Shown: one piece after another, positions 14,292-25,272 of the stretch
How positions within the stretch are numbered: the first letter of the stretch is position 1
Layout of the letters: each line of letters opens with the position of its first letter
Source: Podarcis gaigeae
Taxonomy: Eukaryota
Assembly (NCBI GenBank): GCA_964106915.2
Contig: OZ066930.1
Strand: one strand, 5' to 3'
DNA: 64,000 nucleotides
Notes under the pieces: generated by a model
Databases searched by the model: none
What the model saw: the letters and a program-made list of their open reading frames with translations, nothing else
What the model was told of the DNA's origin: nothing
Made by a program: the position numbers and the translations under genes

Positions 14292-17200
14292 GTAAGCCAA
14301 GCTGAGCTACATGCTATGCTCACACGAGGAGTTATTAAAAGTGGCTGTTTCTCAAGACTTCATTGTACTCAAGGGGGTGGGAGGATTTGAACCAATGGAT
14401 GCATGGGTTGAAGGTCTAAGATGCCCCAGTTAAAAAGAGGGCTGAGAGAGTCAACTGTGCTATGCTGCGGTGGAACAAAGAGTTCGGTATCAGGGACCCT
14501 TTTGGAGCTGGACTTCAGGCCACTGAGCTCATGACACCAATGGCTTTAGTTTGGCTCTTTCCAATAGAGGGGAAAGGCCTTTATTAGGCTCACCTTGCCC
14601 TCTACTGGCCACAGAGTGAGAGTGGGCGTGGGAGAGGGAGAGCTGGTAACACAAATGCGGGGTGGGGGGTGTGCAGAGAGAAATCTGGCTCCATGAGGGC
14701 TGTGGGGTGAGGTTGTGGGGGCACAGCTGATGGATAATATATCTAAGAAAATGTTTGTTTTGGGGTGCATATGACAGCATGTGAGAAACATGTAACTTGG
14801 AAAACTGTAGTTTGTAAAGCAACAGAGATGGTGCAGAGAGAGGGCTAGGAGTGTGCAAAAGAGAGAGACTTATCCTGATTGCAGGAAGCAGATGATGAGC
14901 TCCTTCAGTGTTGTGACATGAAGCTTCAAAAGAAGAAAGGGGGACGCACAGGTGTTAGTCTGGCTCAAGGTGTTCCAAAAGGTGAGGTGCTGTTAGTGAA
15001 GTGCATCTTCCCAAATGTCAGCCCAAGCATGTGTTATGCTGCTTGGGATCCTTGAATAAAACAGTGTGATAGTTGCCAGGTCACTGTGGTTGGAAGAGAC
15101 ACTTCTTTCCCTTAATCCTTTCCAGTTGCTTCACACTTTAGTGATCACCCACCTATCTTACCTCTGACATTTGATCCTTTTTTGCCTGTGTGGTCAGACC
15201 CAGAAGCAGGATGAGGGTGGGGATCCTCTGCAACTGCCCCTTTCCTTTTTTCCACCTTCACCCATTGGCCAGGTTAACAAAGGAGCCAGCTGGGGGCTAG
15301 AATTAGAAAGTTGGTTTGGGTTTGAGCTCATAGCTTTATTGTCCCCAGAGCCCTCCCGTCATCTCTCTCCCCACCCTCCCACCCGAACTCTGTTATGATT
15401 TCCTGTACACCTCTGGCTTTGTTAGGCTTCCTCTTCCACCTCCCTCCATTCTCTGTGGGATGTGGTGGTGGAGGGACAACCCCCCGCCCAGTACTCCACA
15501 TGTCCAGTGGTGCACCTGCAGCTGAACATCTGCTCTAGGAGATATACAGTGCTGTTGATAGGGCTGGATGGGGATAGACTTTTGTCCATCTGCCACAGGC
15601 TATAGACACACAGCACAAGTAAAACCACCCTAGTCAGATCTCATTCTCAAAATACATTTTGGACAGAAGCTACCTCAGTGTGTCACCTGCATTTCAAGGT
15701 GTGTGTATGTGTGTGTTTACCCTGATAGTATAACCATGACCATCCATCCACCAGCAGGTTTTGCTTTAGCTCTCTTGAACTGTTGGATAGGACTGCTGCC
15801 TTCTCCAGTTCTCTCTCTCCACCTTGAATATTGGATCATGCTCTAGTGAGCCAGGTGGTGATGGTGCATGGCCCTAAGATGGTGTCATTTGTCTTTGCCA
15901 ACAGACATCCACCCCTCACCCCACCCTGCCCAACACCACCCTAGAGCTGCCAGATGCACTCTTGGGGGAGGTGCAGATGGTGCCCCCAAGATATATCAGG
16001 AGAACCATGCCCCTTCCTGTACATGGCCACATGAGGATCCCACCACTGCCATCCCAGAAACTGCTCTGTAGGGCACAGTGTGGGTGTTTCCCAGAATGGA
16101 TATGGAGCCCTTTCAGCAGACCACTCGGCCCCCAGCCCAGCATGTGTTTCTTGGCCCCTCTGCCAGAAAGTGAAAGCTCAGGAGCTCCTTGGCATGACGT
16201 TGGCTAAATGTTTCCAGATCTTGCCTGCTGTTCAGCAGCTGCTTGGTAGCTTGGGGTTTTTTGTTTTTTTTTTAAGGAACAGGAGTTTGCAGAGGGTGGT
16301 GGAGAAAATACTAGGCTATCCAAAGTTATAGTGAAAATGGTGCATTTGCTGCCTGAGAAGGTTTCTCAGCAGTAGCCTTTCTCTTGATGTTTCCCTGGAG
16401 GGCTCCCAAGGATCCTTGCTTCTCAAGTGCCAAAGTGCTTTGGGTGGTGGAGGGTATGTGCACTGAGTGTTTGTACCAAGATCCTCCTTATTCATTTGGA
16501 AGGCTGCTATGGCTTGCTCAGCCATTTATACTGTTGCCCCCTTGGCCACATCACCACCACCTTTGAGGATGGAGAAAGGCAGTGATAGAAGGAACACACA
16601 AACACTCCACTGCAATATCTCAAGTAGAACCAGGACTCCTCCCAACCAAAACATGCAATTGCCCCTTCATATACAGTGGAAGTCTCTCCCAAATACTATG
16701 CTGGACCACTGAACTTAAAAGCAGTGGAGCGTCTCATTCTGCTTCCTGCACTTTCCACATCCCTTGGGAATGTCTCTGGGCATTTGAGGCTATTCAGGCA
16801 GGAAGCACCAGCCAAAAGTGAACTGTTCCCATTCCAAGGGATGATCCGACTCCTCTCTTGAGGGCTTGTATCGCTGTCTGAGCCAGCCTTTGCCCTCTCT
16901 CCCTTGCAGCAGCAGGTCCTTCAAGCTTGTCTTTCTTGTTCCCTTACAGACAGCATGATCCGTGTGGGAGCAGATTACCAAGCTGTGATTCCAGAGTGCA
17001 AACCAGGTAAAGGGTGGGGGGCACATATAAGCATTACAGATTACAGGAGAGGGTTAAGCAAGAAGGCAGTCATGTTCCCGGCTCCTTCAAATAAAGGCTC
17101 TGGCTTAACAGTCCAGGTGGATCATTGCATTCTGAGTCCTCCTTCCTAAGTGGAGTCCTCCTCCTTCCTAAGTGGAACCTGAGCATTTCCCCCTAAGGTG

Positions 17201-20200
17201 AACAAGGGCGACGGGTCCCACCCCCACCCTGCTGCACCAGATGGCTTTTCTCTGACCATCCCCCTCCTGCACCTGGCAGCAGCCCGAAGCTCTAATGCAG
17301 TCACACTCTCTTCCAGTGCCAAATCTTTGGCGCCTCCTGCTTACAACCACCCTGGCAACACGTAGCTGCTAGTTTCTGGACCTGGAGGCTCCTCCACCTG
17401 TCTTTGCTCTTGGTTCCGGGGTGAGTGGGGTGAAATTATATGTACCTCCTCCCCACATGCTGTCCAAGAGTGAAGGGAGGGGTCCACCAAAGTGTTGGAT
17501 AATGTGTAATACAGGTGGGGACTGAAGACATGAGCAGACTGAGTGGGCGTGATGGGGAGGGGGTGGTCACCTACCAGGAAAACACAGTGAAAGCTGACTG
17601 AGCTGGGATAGCTCGCACTGCTGGCTAGGATACCGGAGAGAGGTTGTGTTTGTGTGGACACCAAGCCATCCACTGCTTGCTTCAGCACAACTGCATTCCT
17701 CTCTCACCACCTTGATTTTCAGCAGCAGCAGCAGATGAACCTATCAGGAGATCCTGCCCAGAGTGCTTAAAGCTTTCTCTTCCCTCTGTCTTTGTAATTC
17801 AGAGAGCCCAGCTCGCTACAGCAACAAGGAGTTGAAAGGGATGCTCGTTTGGTCTCCAAATCATTGCGTCTCTGATGCCAAATGTGAGTTGCTCCTCCCT
17901 CTTTATTGTGTAAAAAGTGGAAAGGCCAGGTCAGATCAATGGCTGGGGCTGGGCCCTGCGCACTCCTGTGGAGCTTTCCTCCCTTCAGGCCATGTTGGAT
18001 GTTCCAACAGCCTTTGCTCCCTGGCCTGGATTCTGAACCAGTTCCAGAATCAACCAAGAACCAGCCTGGCTAAAATAGGGGTGGGGGTGGGGAAATGCAT
18101 TCCATCTTCAGCTGGTAGCAGAGCCTCTGATTGACAGCTCCCCCTTCCCCCCCTCCCGGGACTCCTAGAAGCAATTACCGAGCGGCTGGTGCGCTGCCTC
18201 CGGCTCCTGGGTTATTAATCTGGCTGGTGCAGGCAGCTGGGGGGGGGGGGGGAGAGAGAAATGGTGTCGCTGCCTATGCTGAAGCAGAGAGGCCCAAAGT
18301 TGGGGTTCCGCTTGCCCAGGTAGTGCTGTCGCTTTTGAAGAGGTCGGTGAAAGATTGATGCATGGCCAATTGTCACCCCAATGGCTTTGTCATTAAGGGT
18401 TTGTGTGAGAATATATCATATGTACATAATATATTTTACAGCCACACTTTCCACTTCTATGGGGGATGCTTCTCCCCTCCTTCCCAAACATGAATTCACA
18501 TGGGACTGGCAGACACATCTCTTGGGCAGTGCTCTTGTAACACAGATCTAGTGTGTGCTGGACCCTCTGGCCACATGCCTGCTTTTATGTTCCTCTAGAG
18601 GGCGCACTGCAACAGAGCACTTCAATTTTCTCCCCTCTTTGCTAGCAGGAGGGGCTCCTCACCGGAAGCCCCAAACGTGGTTGTGGATGTCATGGAAGAG
18701 GAGATGATCACTGCCATCCCCACCTGGCAGGCAGGCAGGCTAGTCATCCACTGAGGGAAAGAGATGTCAGAGGACGAAGCATCTCCATCTTCTCTGTTTC
18801 CCTCCCCCAGCACTGACGGTTGCCTCTTTCTCCCTCTAGTGGACAAATATATTGCCATGGCCAAGGAGAAGCACGGATACAACATAGAGCAGGTAGGAAA
18901 ACCAGAACAAACTGGATTCCCTGGGTGGTGCTTCAACAAGTTTTACTTGGAGTAGACTTGTTAAAATTACTGGACCTAACTTAGTGGTGGTCATTAATTT
19001 CAGTGTAAATCTTAAGTTGAATACAACCCCTTGTTTCTTGACCCTAACTCAACATTACTGAAATCCTACAAATTCCATAAGAGCAGAGCAAATTCCACAA
19101 AATTAGACATTGTTTGATCTGGTTAACCAAATTAGATTTATTGGACACTTCATTCCATTTAGCATCAACTTGTAAGCCAGTAAAAGCTTATTGGAAACAA
19201 TGCTACCCAGTCTTAAGATAGGCATTTTCTCATAGCAAAAAATGTGATACCACAGGACCAGGTGAGAGTTTGAGAGATACATTTAAGAGGGATCCCTCCC
19301 CCAAGAGCTGACAAACATGCCATTCTCATGGCCAAAGGTAACCCTTCCTAGCCCATCTCTCTTTCACTGACCTGCTTGCCATCACTATCTTAACCTTGTA
19401 CAGTTATCTTCAGAATTGACAGAAACTTAGGTATCACCAGACTTTCAGGAGCCACATTTTCAGGAGTGACATTCCATTGCTGGGACAGTCACTCCTCTCT
19501 CTTACACATTACTTTCTTTCCCCCAACAGGCTCTGGGGATGCTGCTGTGGCACAAACACGATGTGGAGAAGTCCCTGGCTGACTTGGCCAATTTCACACC
19601 ATTCCCTGATGAGTGGACGGTGGAGGACAAAGTCCTGTTTGAGCAAGCCTTCAGCTTCCATGGCAAGAGTTTTGCTCGAATCCAGCAGATGGTATGTGTT
19701 CCCCTCTTGCTGGTGTAAGTGGCAGGGTGGCTGGGGTCCAAAGAACAATCCTCTTCTCACGAGTGTCCAGTGCCAGGTTGGTCTCATCAGGCCCCTTCCG
19801 CAGCCCCATTGCTACCTCCTGGCTGTTCTCTGGGTGAGCATGATGCAAGTGAAGGAGGGGAGCAGCCTTTCCTCACCCTCTTGGCCCTGGTTCAGTTGGC
19901 CAAGAAGAAGAGGGCAAGGAATGGGAAATGGGGACAGCAGCAAGGTGGAGGTAAGGCTGAGGGTATCTTGCATAAGTCCCCCTCCAAAACTTGCAACCAG
20001 ATATGTGCCTATATTGACAATTTACAAAACTGTTTTAAGGCCTGCTCTTTGAAATCCTGGGCTGGAGCCAGCTTGTGTAATTATATGGGCTGATGGTTGT
20101 TTCTGGACCAGATTTCCCATTTCACTAGTCCCATTCTGGCACCTCCTGTCTCTCACACACAATATACGAATGACCCAGTGCCACAGCTCTACTCGTTAAC

Positions 20201-23200
20201 TCTGTATTTGAGCATCACTCCATGGCCTAATTACATGCCTATTAGAATTACCTTGTGCCACACAGTAATTCAGGTTTTGGCTGCCCTCTTCTACTCACCG
20301 TTCCTCCTGCGACTCCTTGCTTAGCTTCCTGATAAGATGATTCCCAGCCTGGTGAAGTATTACTACTCCTGGAAGAAAACCCGGAGCAGGACTAGCGTGA
20401 TGGATCGGCAGGCCCGCAAGCTGCTCAGCAAGAAGGAAAAGGATGACAGGTCAGAGACCAAGAGTGCATGTACGTGGGGTGGATGGGCTTAGCAGGCTCA
20501 TGAAGGAAAGGGTTTGTAGCAGAGGTAGCTGGGTGGCTGGGCCTGTCACAGAGCCAATAACTTTGCCTTCAACCCCAAAGCAGTTTCATTAGTGGGACCC
20601 CACCAATTAATGGAACACTACAAATCAGTTTCTGAGGCAGGGAGCCTGCCCAAACCCAGTTAAGCTGAATATAATGTCAAGATTTGCCCATAAAACCAAT
20701 TGCAATCTAGCAAGGACCGAACCAGGCAAAACATTGATGGCTTGGAAGTGACTACCTTGTACGCAATACTTGGGGGACACAGCCTGGACTTCTAAAACTC
20801 CTCCAAACTTTTCTCCTGCAATTTAAGTCTCTCCCACTGCTTGGGAAAAAGTGGGGGCACAAGCAGAGATGGCCAGAAGTTCATTTTCTCCAGTGAAGCC
20901 GAGCCAGGATGCAATGAACAGCAGTAATTACTGCCTCCCAGAAGAGCTCAAAGCAAGGATGGCAATAGCCCAGTAGGGGGGAAAGACCTATTTGGAGAAA
21001 CCAGAAAAAGACTGCAGGAGAGGCAAGTCATATTCTGGAGCAAGCAGAATAACTTCTAATGTCTTCTGCATTTCCCCTACAGTAATGATGAACTAGAAGA
21101 AGGACGGCAGGCTAGTGAGGGTGAATTTGATGCCATGGATCCCAAGAAGGAGGTAAGGGGAATGGCCACTAACAGGTCTAAACTAAGGGTAGCTAAGATA
21201 AACAAGGGTCAACATGGTTCCAGTACCTTCAGCGGCAAGAAAACAGGCACTTTGCCATGAAAATGTTTTTGGTGTGTTTTTTTAAGTACAGGGCACACAA
21301 AGTCCTGAATTTATCAGGATGGAGATGTCATGTGCTAAGGAACATTAAACCGCTTAGAAGAGCTATAACTGAATGACAACTGTATGTCAAAAGGAACTGG
21401 GTGGTAGAGGACTGACTGATACATTAACCTAAGGAAGATGGGGTTGTAACCAGTGAAGTTCTACCTGGGGGGTCAATCCACTGAAATTAACGAACCTAAG
21501 TTAGCCATGTATATTAATTTCAGTGGATCTGTAGTGAGTACAACTAGCACTGGATACAACCCAAGGAGTTACCGCTGCCAAGACAGATTACAATCCAGCT
21601 CCTCAAGGAAGCAGCATTAAAGGGCATGGGAGGAAGAGCTGCAGTGGGGCAGTAAAAACCATGGTAAAGTTGAAGGGAGGTCCTGTTCAGTTTTCGCTCA
21701 CTGTCATTCTCTCCTCTCCAGCCTAGTTACCAGAAGCCCCTGAACAGCAAGCCAGGGCCTGTGAAGAAGGAGGTACAACTGTCACAGTATCGGCACCACC
21801 CACTACGCACTCGCCGGCGTCCTCCCAAGGGCATGTACCTGAGCCAGGAGGACATTACGGGCCTGTCTGCCAGCCCAGACATGGCTGTTCTCACCCTGCG
21901 CCACCTGGACTCCCAGCTGGTTTCCCTCAAGCGCCAGGTAGCAAAATCCTAAGTGTGTACACGTGGTCACAACTTGCTGCCTGCCTGCCTCCCTCCCAAT
22001 GAGCATGCACCGCCCCTTACGGAAAACCTGTTCTCCTTTTCATCTTCCAAAGAATTTGGGCTCTTCAGACTATGGGGGTGGGCAAGGGAGCTGTTGCCTC
22101 CTGACCTTCCAGTCTCTGTCCATACTAGGTACAGAGCATCAAGCAGATCAATAGCAGTATGAAGCAGGTGCTAGAAGGTGGAATAGACAAACTACGGCCA
22201 CCCGAGGTGAGTGTGCATGCGCAGGCAAGCTGCCCTTTTTCTGTAATGGTAGTTTCCAGATTTCTCTGTTCGGGGGAGGCATAAGAGGGAGGGAGGCAAA
22301 GCTCAGACACGCTCCTTTTCTCCCTTGCAGACAAACATCAAGTTCAATTCACGCTGGACAACAGATGAACAGCTGCTGGCTGTACAGGGTGAGCCTTCAA
22401 GGTCCAGCAGGTGGGAGCCCATGCAGCAGAGAGGCGACAGGCTGCCTCCTCTTAGCAATGCAGGGCTGAACTAGGAGAGGATGGATGGGTTATTCCCCCC
22501 TGTTGTATCAGAGAAGGCTATTGGTCTTTGGGATTTGAGGGCCAGAGTGCAGGTTATGATCACCCTAAAGTGGCACCCTCTATACCAAACTTCTCTACCA
22601 TGGATTGGGGGCCTGGAGACACAACAGTAGGTAGCTGGCTTGCCAAATGGTGGCATTTGGTTATGTTGCGGGACGGTGCAAAAATCACCTCTCTTTTCCT
22701 GCTCAGCCATCCGAAAATACGGCAAAGATTTCCAGGCCATCGCAGAGGTGATTGGCAACAAGACAGTTGCCCAGGTGAAGACTTTCTTTGTCAGCTACCG
22801 GCGCCGGTTCAACTTGGAAGAGGTGCTGCAGGAATGGGAGGCTGAGCAAGAGGGTGTGGGGCCGGCTGCCCCCCAAGGTAGCTCCCCTTCTCAGGACCAA
22901 AAGAGCTCTAGCGCTTCGTTAGCAAGCAGTGAGGAAGAAGATGAGGTGAGGAGAGGGGCTGCCCCCAAGTACCAACACCGCACAGACCTCTTGAGCTTCT
23001 CCAGCACTGAAAGCTCTCCTTCTGCCCTTTTGCAGGTACAGATCACTGCGGTGTCCCGTTCCCTGCAGCAGCAGCAGCAGCAGCAGCAGCAACCGCCGCC
23101 ACTGCCCCCTCCGCCGCCACTCCCAGCGTCTCCCAGGCCACCACCTGCTGCCCTCTCACAGCCACCCCCTTTGCTGAGGCCCACACTTCCAACAGCACCC

Positions 23201-23389
23201 ACGCTGCACCGCCAACCCCCACCACTGCAGCAAGGCCGCTTCCTGCAGCCCAGACTGTCGCTCAACCAGCCGCCACCCCCGCTTATTCGGCCAGCCACCT
23301 CGCGACAAGCGCCCCGCAGTGGCCAGCACCCCCCATCACTCCTTGGTGGGATAGGAGAGCCCCCTCCCCCCTCCTCCAGCTCCCTCTGA
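14177..23389 (+). CDS. RCOR2: REST corepressor 2 (CoREST2), complete spliced CDS of 12 exons, 535 aa; ELM2-SANT1, linker and SANT2 domains plus Pro-rich C-terminus
   Basis: Exons 14177-14291, 16950-17006, 17803-17883, 18840-18892, 19530-19691, 20325-20449, 21083-21152, 21722-21937, 22129-22206, 22331-22388, 22707-22945 and 23036-23389 are all GT-AG and phase-consistent, summing to 1608 nt. Peptides [48 protein letters not shown] and [17 protein letters not shown] are RCOR2-type. Confidence 0.97.
16950..17006 (+). CDS. RCOR2: RCOR2 exon 2 ([19 protein letters not shown]), start of ELM2
   Basis: cttacag acceptor, gtaaag donor, 57 nt. Confidence 0.96.
17803..17883 (+). CDS. RCOR2: RCOR2 exon 3 ([27 protein letters not shown])
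   Basis: ttcag acceptor, gtgagt donor, 81 nt. Confidence 0.96.
18840..18892 (+). CDS. RCOR2: RCOR2 exon 4 ([18 protein letters not shown])
   Basis: ctctag acceptor, gtagga donor, 53 nt. Confidence 0.96.
19530..19691 (+). CDS. RCOR2: RCOR2 exon 5 ([54 protein letters not shown]), ELM2/SANT1
   Basis: caacag acceptor, gtatgt donor, 162 nt. Confidence 0.97.
20325..20449 (+). CDS. RCOR2: RCOR2 exon 6 ([41 protein letters not shown])
   Basis: gcttag acceptor, gtcaga donor, 125 nt. Confidence 0.96.
21083..21152 (+). CDS. RCOR2: RCOR2 exon 7 ([24 protein letters not shown])
   Basis: cctacag acceptor, gtaagg donor, 70 nt; restores phase 0. Confidence 0.93.
21441..21562. mobile_element. Old palindromic MITE (relatives at about 18935-19030, 44815-44935 and 58960-59060)
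   Basis: gggttgtaaccagtg / cactggatacaaccc ends; tccactgaaattaa / ttaatttcagtgga inner arms. Confidence 0.65.
21722..21937 (+). CDS. RCOR2: RCOR2 exon 8 ([40 protein letters not shown]...LVSLKRQ)
   Basis: ctccag acceptor, gtagca donor, 216 nt. Confidence 0.95.
22129..22206 (+). CDS. RCOR2: RCOR2 exon 9 ([26 protein letters not shown]), linker region
   Basis: tactag acceptor, gtgagt donor, 78 nt. Confidence 0.95.
22331..22388 (+). CDS. RCOR2: RCOR2 exon 10 ([19 protein letters not shown]), SANT2 start
   Basis: ttgcag acceptor, gtgagc donor, 58 nt. Confidence 0.96.
22707..22945 (+). CDS. RCOR2: RCOR2 exon 11 ([48 protein letters not shown]...EEEDE), SANT2
   Basis: gctcag acceptor, gtgagg donor, 239 nt. 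Confidence 0.95.
23036..23389 (+). CDS. RCOR2: RCOR2 exon 12, Gln/Pro-rich C-terminus to TGA
   Basis: ttgcag acceptor; [31 protein letters not shown]; stop at 23387-23389. Confidence 0.93.
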   Translation, partial: VQITAVSRSLQQQQQQQQQPPPLPPPPPLPASPRPPPAALSQPPPLLRPTLPTAPTLHRQPPPLQQGRFLQPRLSLNQPPPPLIRPATSRQAPRSGQHPPSLLGGIGEPPPPSSSSL

Positions 23390-24138
23390 GGAGGGGTTTC
23401 AGAGTGCTTCCTTTGACATCTGTGAGCCTGGCTCTACAAGTCACAGCTGGGATTGGTACAGTCCTCCTCTCCCCCCACAAGGTGTGCATCGGCTGTGGTG
23501 GTCATGAAAAGGGAACAGGGGAAGGAGGGGCTTCGGGGTCCCAACTGTCATCTGACCCAGTTCAGGTAGCATCCAGAAAGTTGGCAAGGAATCCCAATCC
23601 CCATGTACATTGGGGTGGGGGTGGGGTATTTTTTTTCTTGGGAGGGGAGGGAAGAGAAAGGAAGTGATAGGACTAGTAGCTTGGGGTGGGTTTGGATTAT
23701 GTTTACACTTTTGCAGGATCAGTTGCATCAGTGCCTGTGTGAATCGGGGATTGGGGGGAGGGCAAGGGGAGGTATGTCAGAGTTGACACAGGTGGAAGCT
23801 TGGGGGGAGGGGGAGGAAGGAGGGGAGATTTACACCTGATCAGACTGGATGCAGAGGCAAGAGTGCTCCCAAGTAAAGATGCCCCTCTCTCTGTAACAGC
23901 AATTTCCCTTCCTCTCCAGTTTCTACATGGAGATTTGGAAGGGGGGGGAGGGAATGAGTGGCAGCTTGCTTTGCTCTGTACTTGCCTGTCCACCTTGCCA
24001 GGCAGGAGTCCCTGGCAGCAAGGATGTAACGACTCCCTAAAGAGTAGGATTGGGCAGACTTCTGTGTACGATTCCCCTCCAAGGCCCCACCCATTGCTGG
24101 GAGCCTTTTGTTGTTGTTGTCGTCCATGGAGCATTTTC

Positions 24139-24144
24139 AATAAA
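24139..24144 (+). terminator. RCOR2 polyadenylation signal AATAAA (3'UTR about 770 nt)
   Basis: First AATAAA I found downstream of the stop, followed by T/GT-rich sequence. Confidence 0.7.
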
Positions 24145-25037
24145 GGTATTTTGTTACAACTGGCTGATCTTTCCACCCTGTGTCTAGCTCGGGAGGCAAT
24201 GGAGCATGGGGAAAGTGTGTGGCATTCACAATTGCCCAAATCAAGGCAGAAGATAAATTCTGTGCTCTAGCAAAGGGCTGTCATGTCTCAAGATGCATGT
24301 CTGAGATAAGGCTTCCCCCTCCCCTTCTGAAAAACAGGTCTGGAGCTTATGATTTTTCTTCTTTGGCTTTTAATAAGAATGGAAGGGGGAGAATCAGGCA
24401 AGCTACTTGGTCACAAGCAAGAGGAAGGAGGTCTTTGCCCCGTCAGCCTCCTCCCAGGCATGGTCTTCCAAAAGGTGCTCTGATCCTGTCACAGAGATAG
24501 CTTTGCCCAGGATGAGTCCTGCCAGTCTCAGCAAGATGAACACAGCAAAGGCCAAAAGGAATTGCATATGCGGTGACATCAAAATTGCCACTCCCAGAGC
24601 CTTTAGCAATTGGCCCTGCTGTAACAGGGACAGAGGGAGCCTCTTGTGGAACACTGCATCTCCTCAGAATACAAAAACAGTTCAGGGTATCACAGCAGGC
24701 CACAGCATTTTATGTTGTGAGTGCCACACTGCCCCTCTTAATCAGTTCCTTCACCAACTGTTGCCTGGTCAGGGCACAGAGCAAAAAGAAATCACGCAAA
24801 GGGGGCACAGAATTAGCATTCCACGTTCAAGGGGAACCACTGGGCATTTGGAACAGCTGCACCTAGGCCTTGCTTCCCATCACCACAACCCCATGGAGCC
24901 ACCCCCACCCACTCTTGACAGGACGGCAGCAAGGCTTGTAGCCTCCCAGGGAGTGGAAGCACATCTCCAGGCAAAGTGCTTGGGGAGGGAGGTGGGAACA
25001 GAGGAAGCCAAGGCCAGGCAGGTACTTTCTGGAAAGT

Positions 25038-25043
25038 TTTAAT
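25038..25043 (-). terminator. Probable MARK2 polyadenylation signal ATTAAA (3'UTR about 2.1 kb)
   Basis: tttaat on + strand, lying after the A/U-rich distal part of the 3'UTR. Confidence 0.55.
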
Positions 25044-25222
25044 CTAGAACCTGTAAAACTACATCAAACGGCAGCGTCCCTAGAGGTGGGGGGAGGGGGA
25101 TGAACAAAAAAGGGACATGATTTTTTCTTTTTTTAAAAAAAGGCATTTTGTGATCAGAATTAAAAAAAAAAGTAACCACTCACAAAACCGAGGTATCAGT
25201 ACAGTTATATACAAACCAGATT

Positions 25223-25269
<47 letters not shown>
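25223..25269. repeat. (TG)n(AG)n microsatellite inside the MARK2 3'UTR
   Basis: Direct observation. Confidence 0.9.

Positions 25270-25272
<3 letters not shown>

Noticed and set aside
13000-24200. RE1/NRSE site giving REST feedback on RCOR2
   Set aside because: Only half-site-like matches (for example ttcagcac at 17681), with no correctly spaced GGACAG half.
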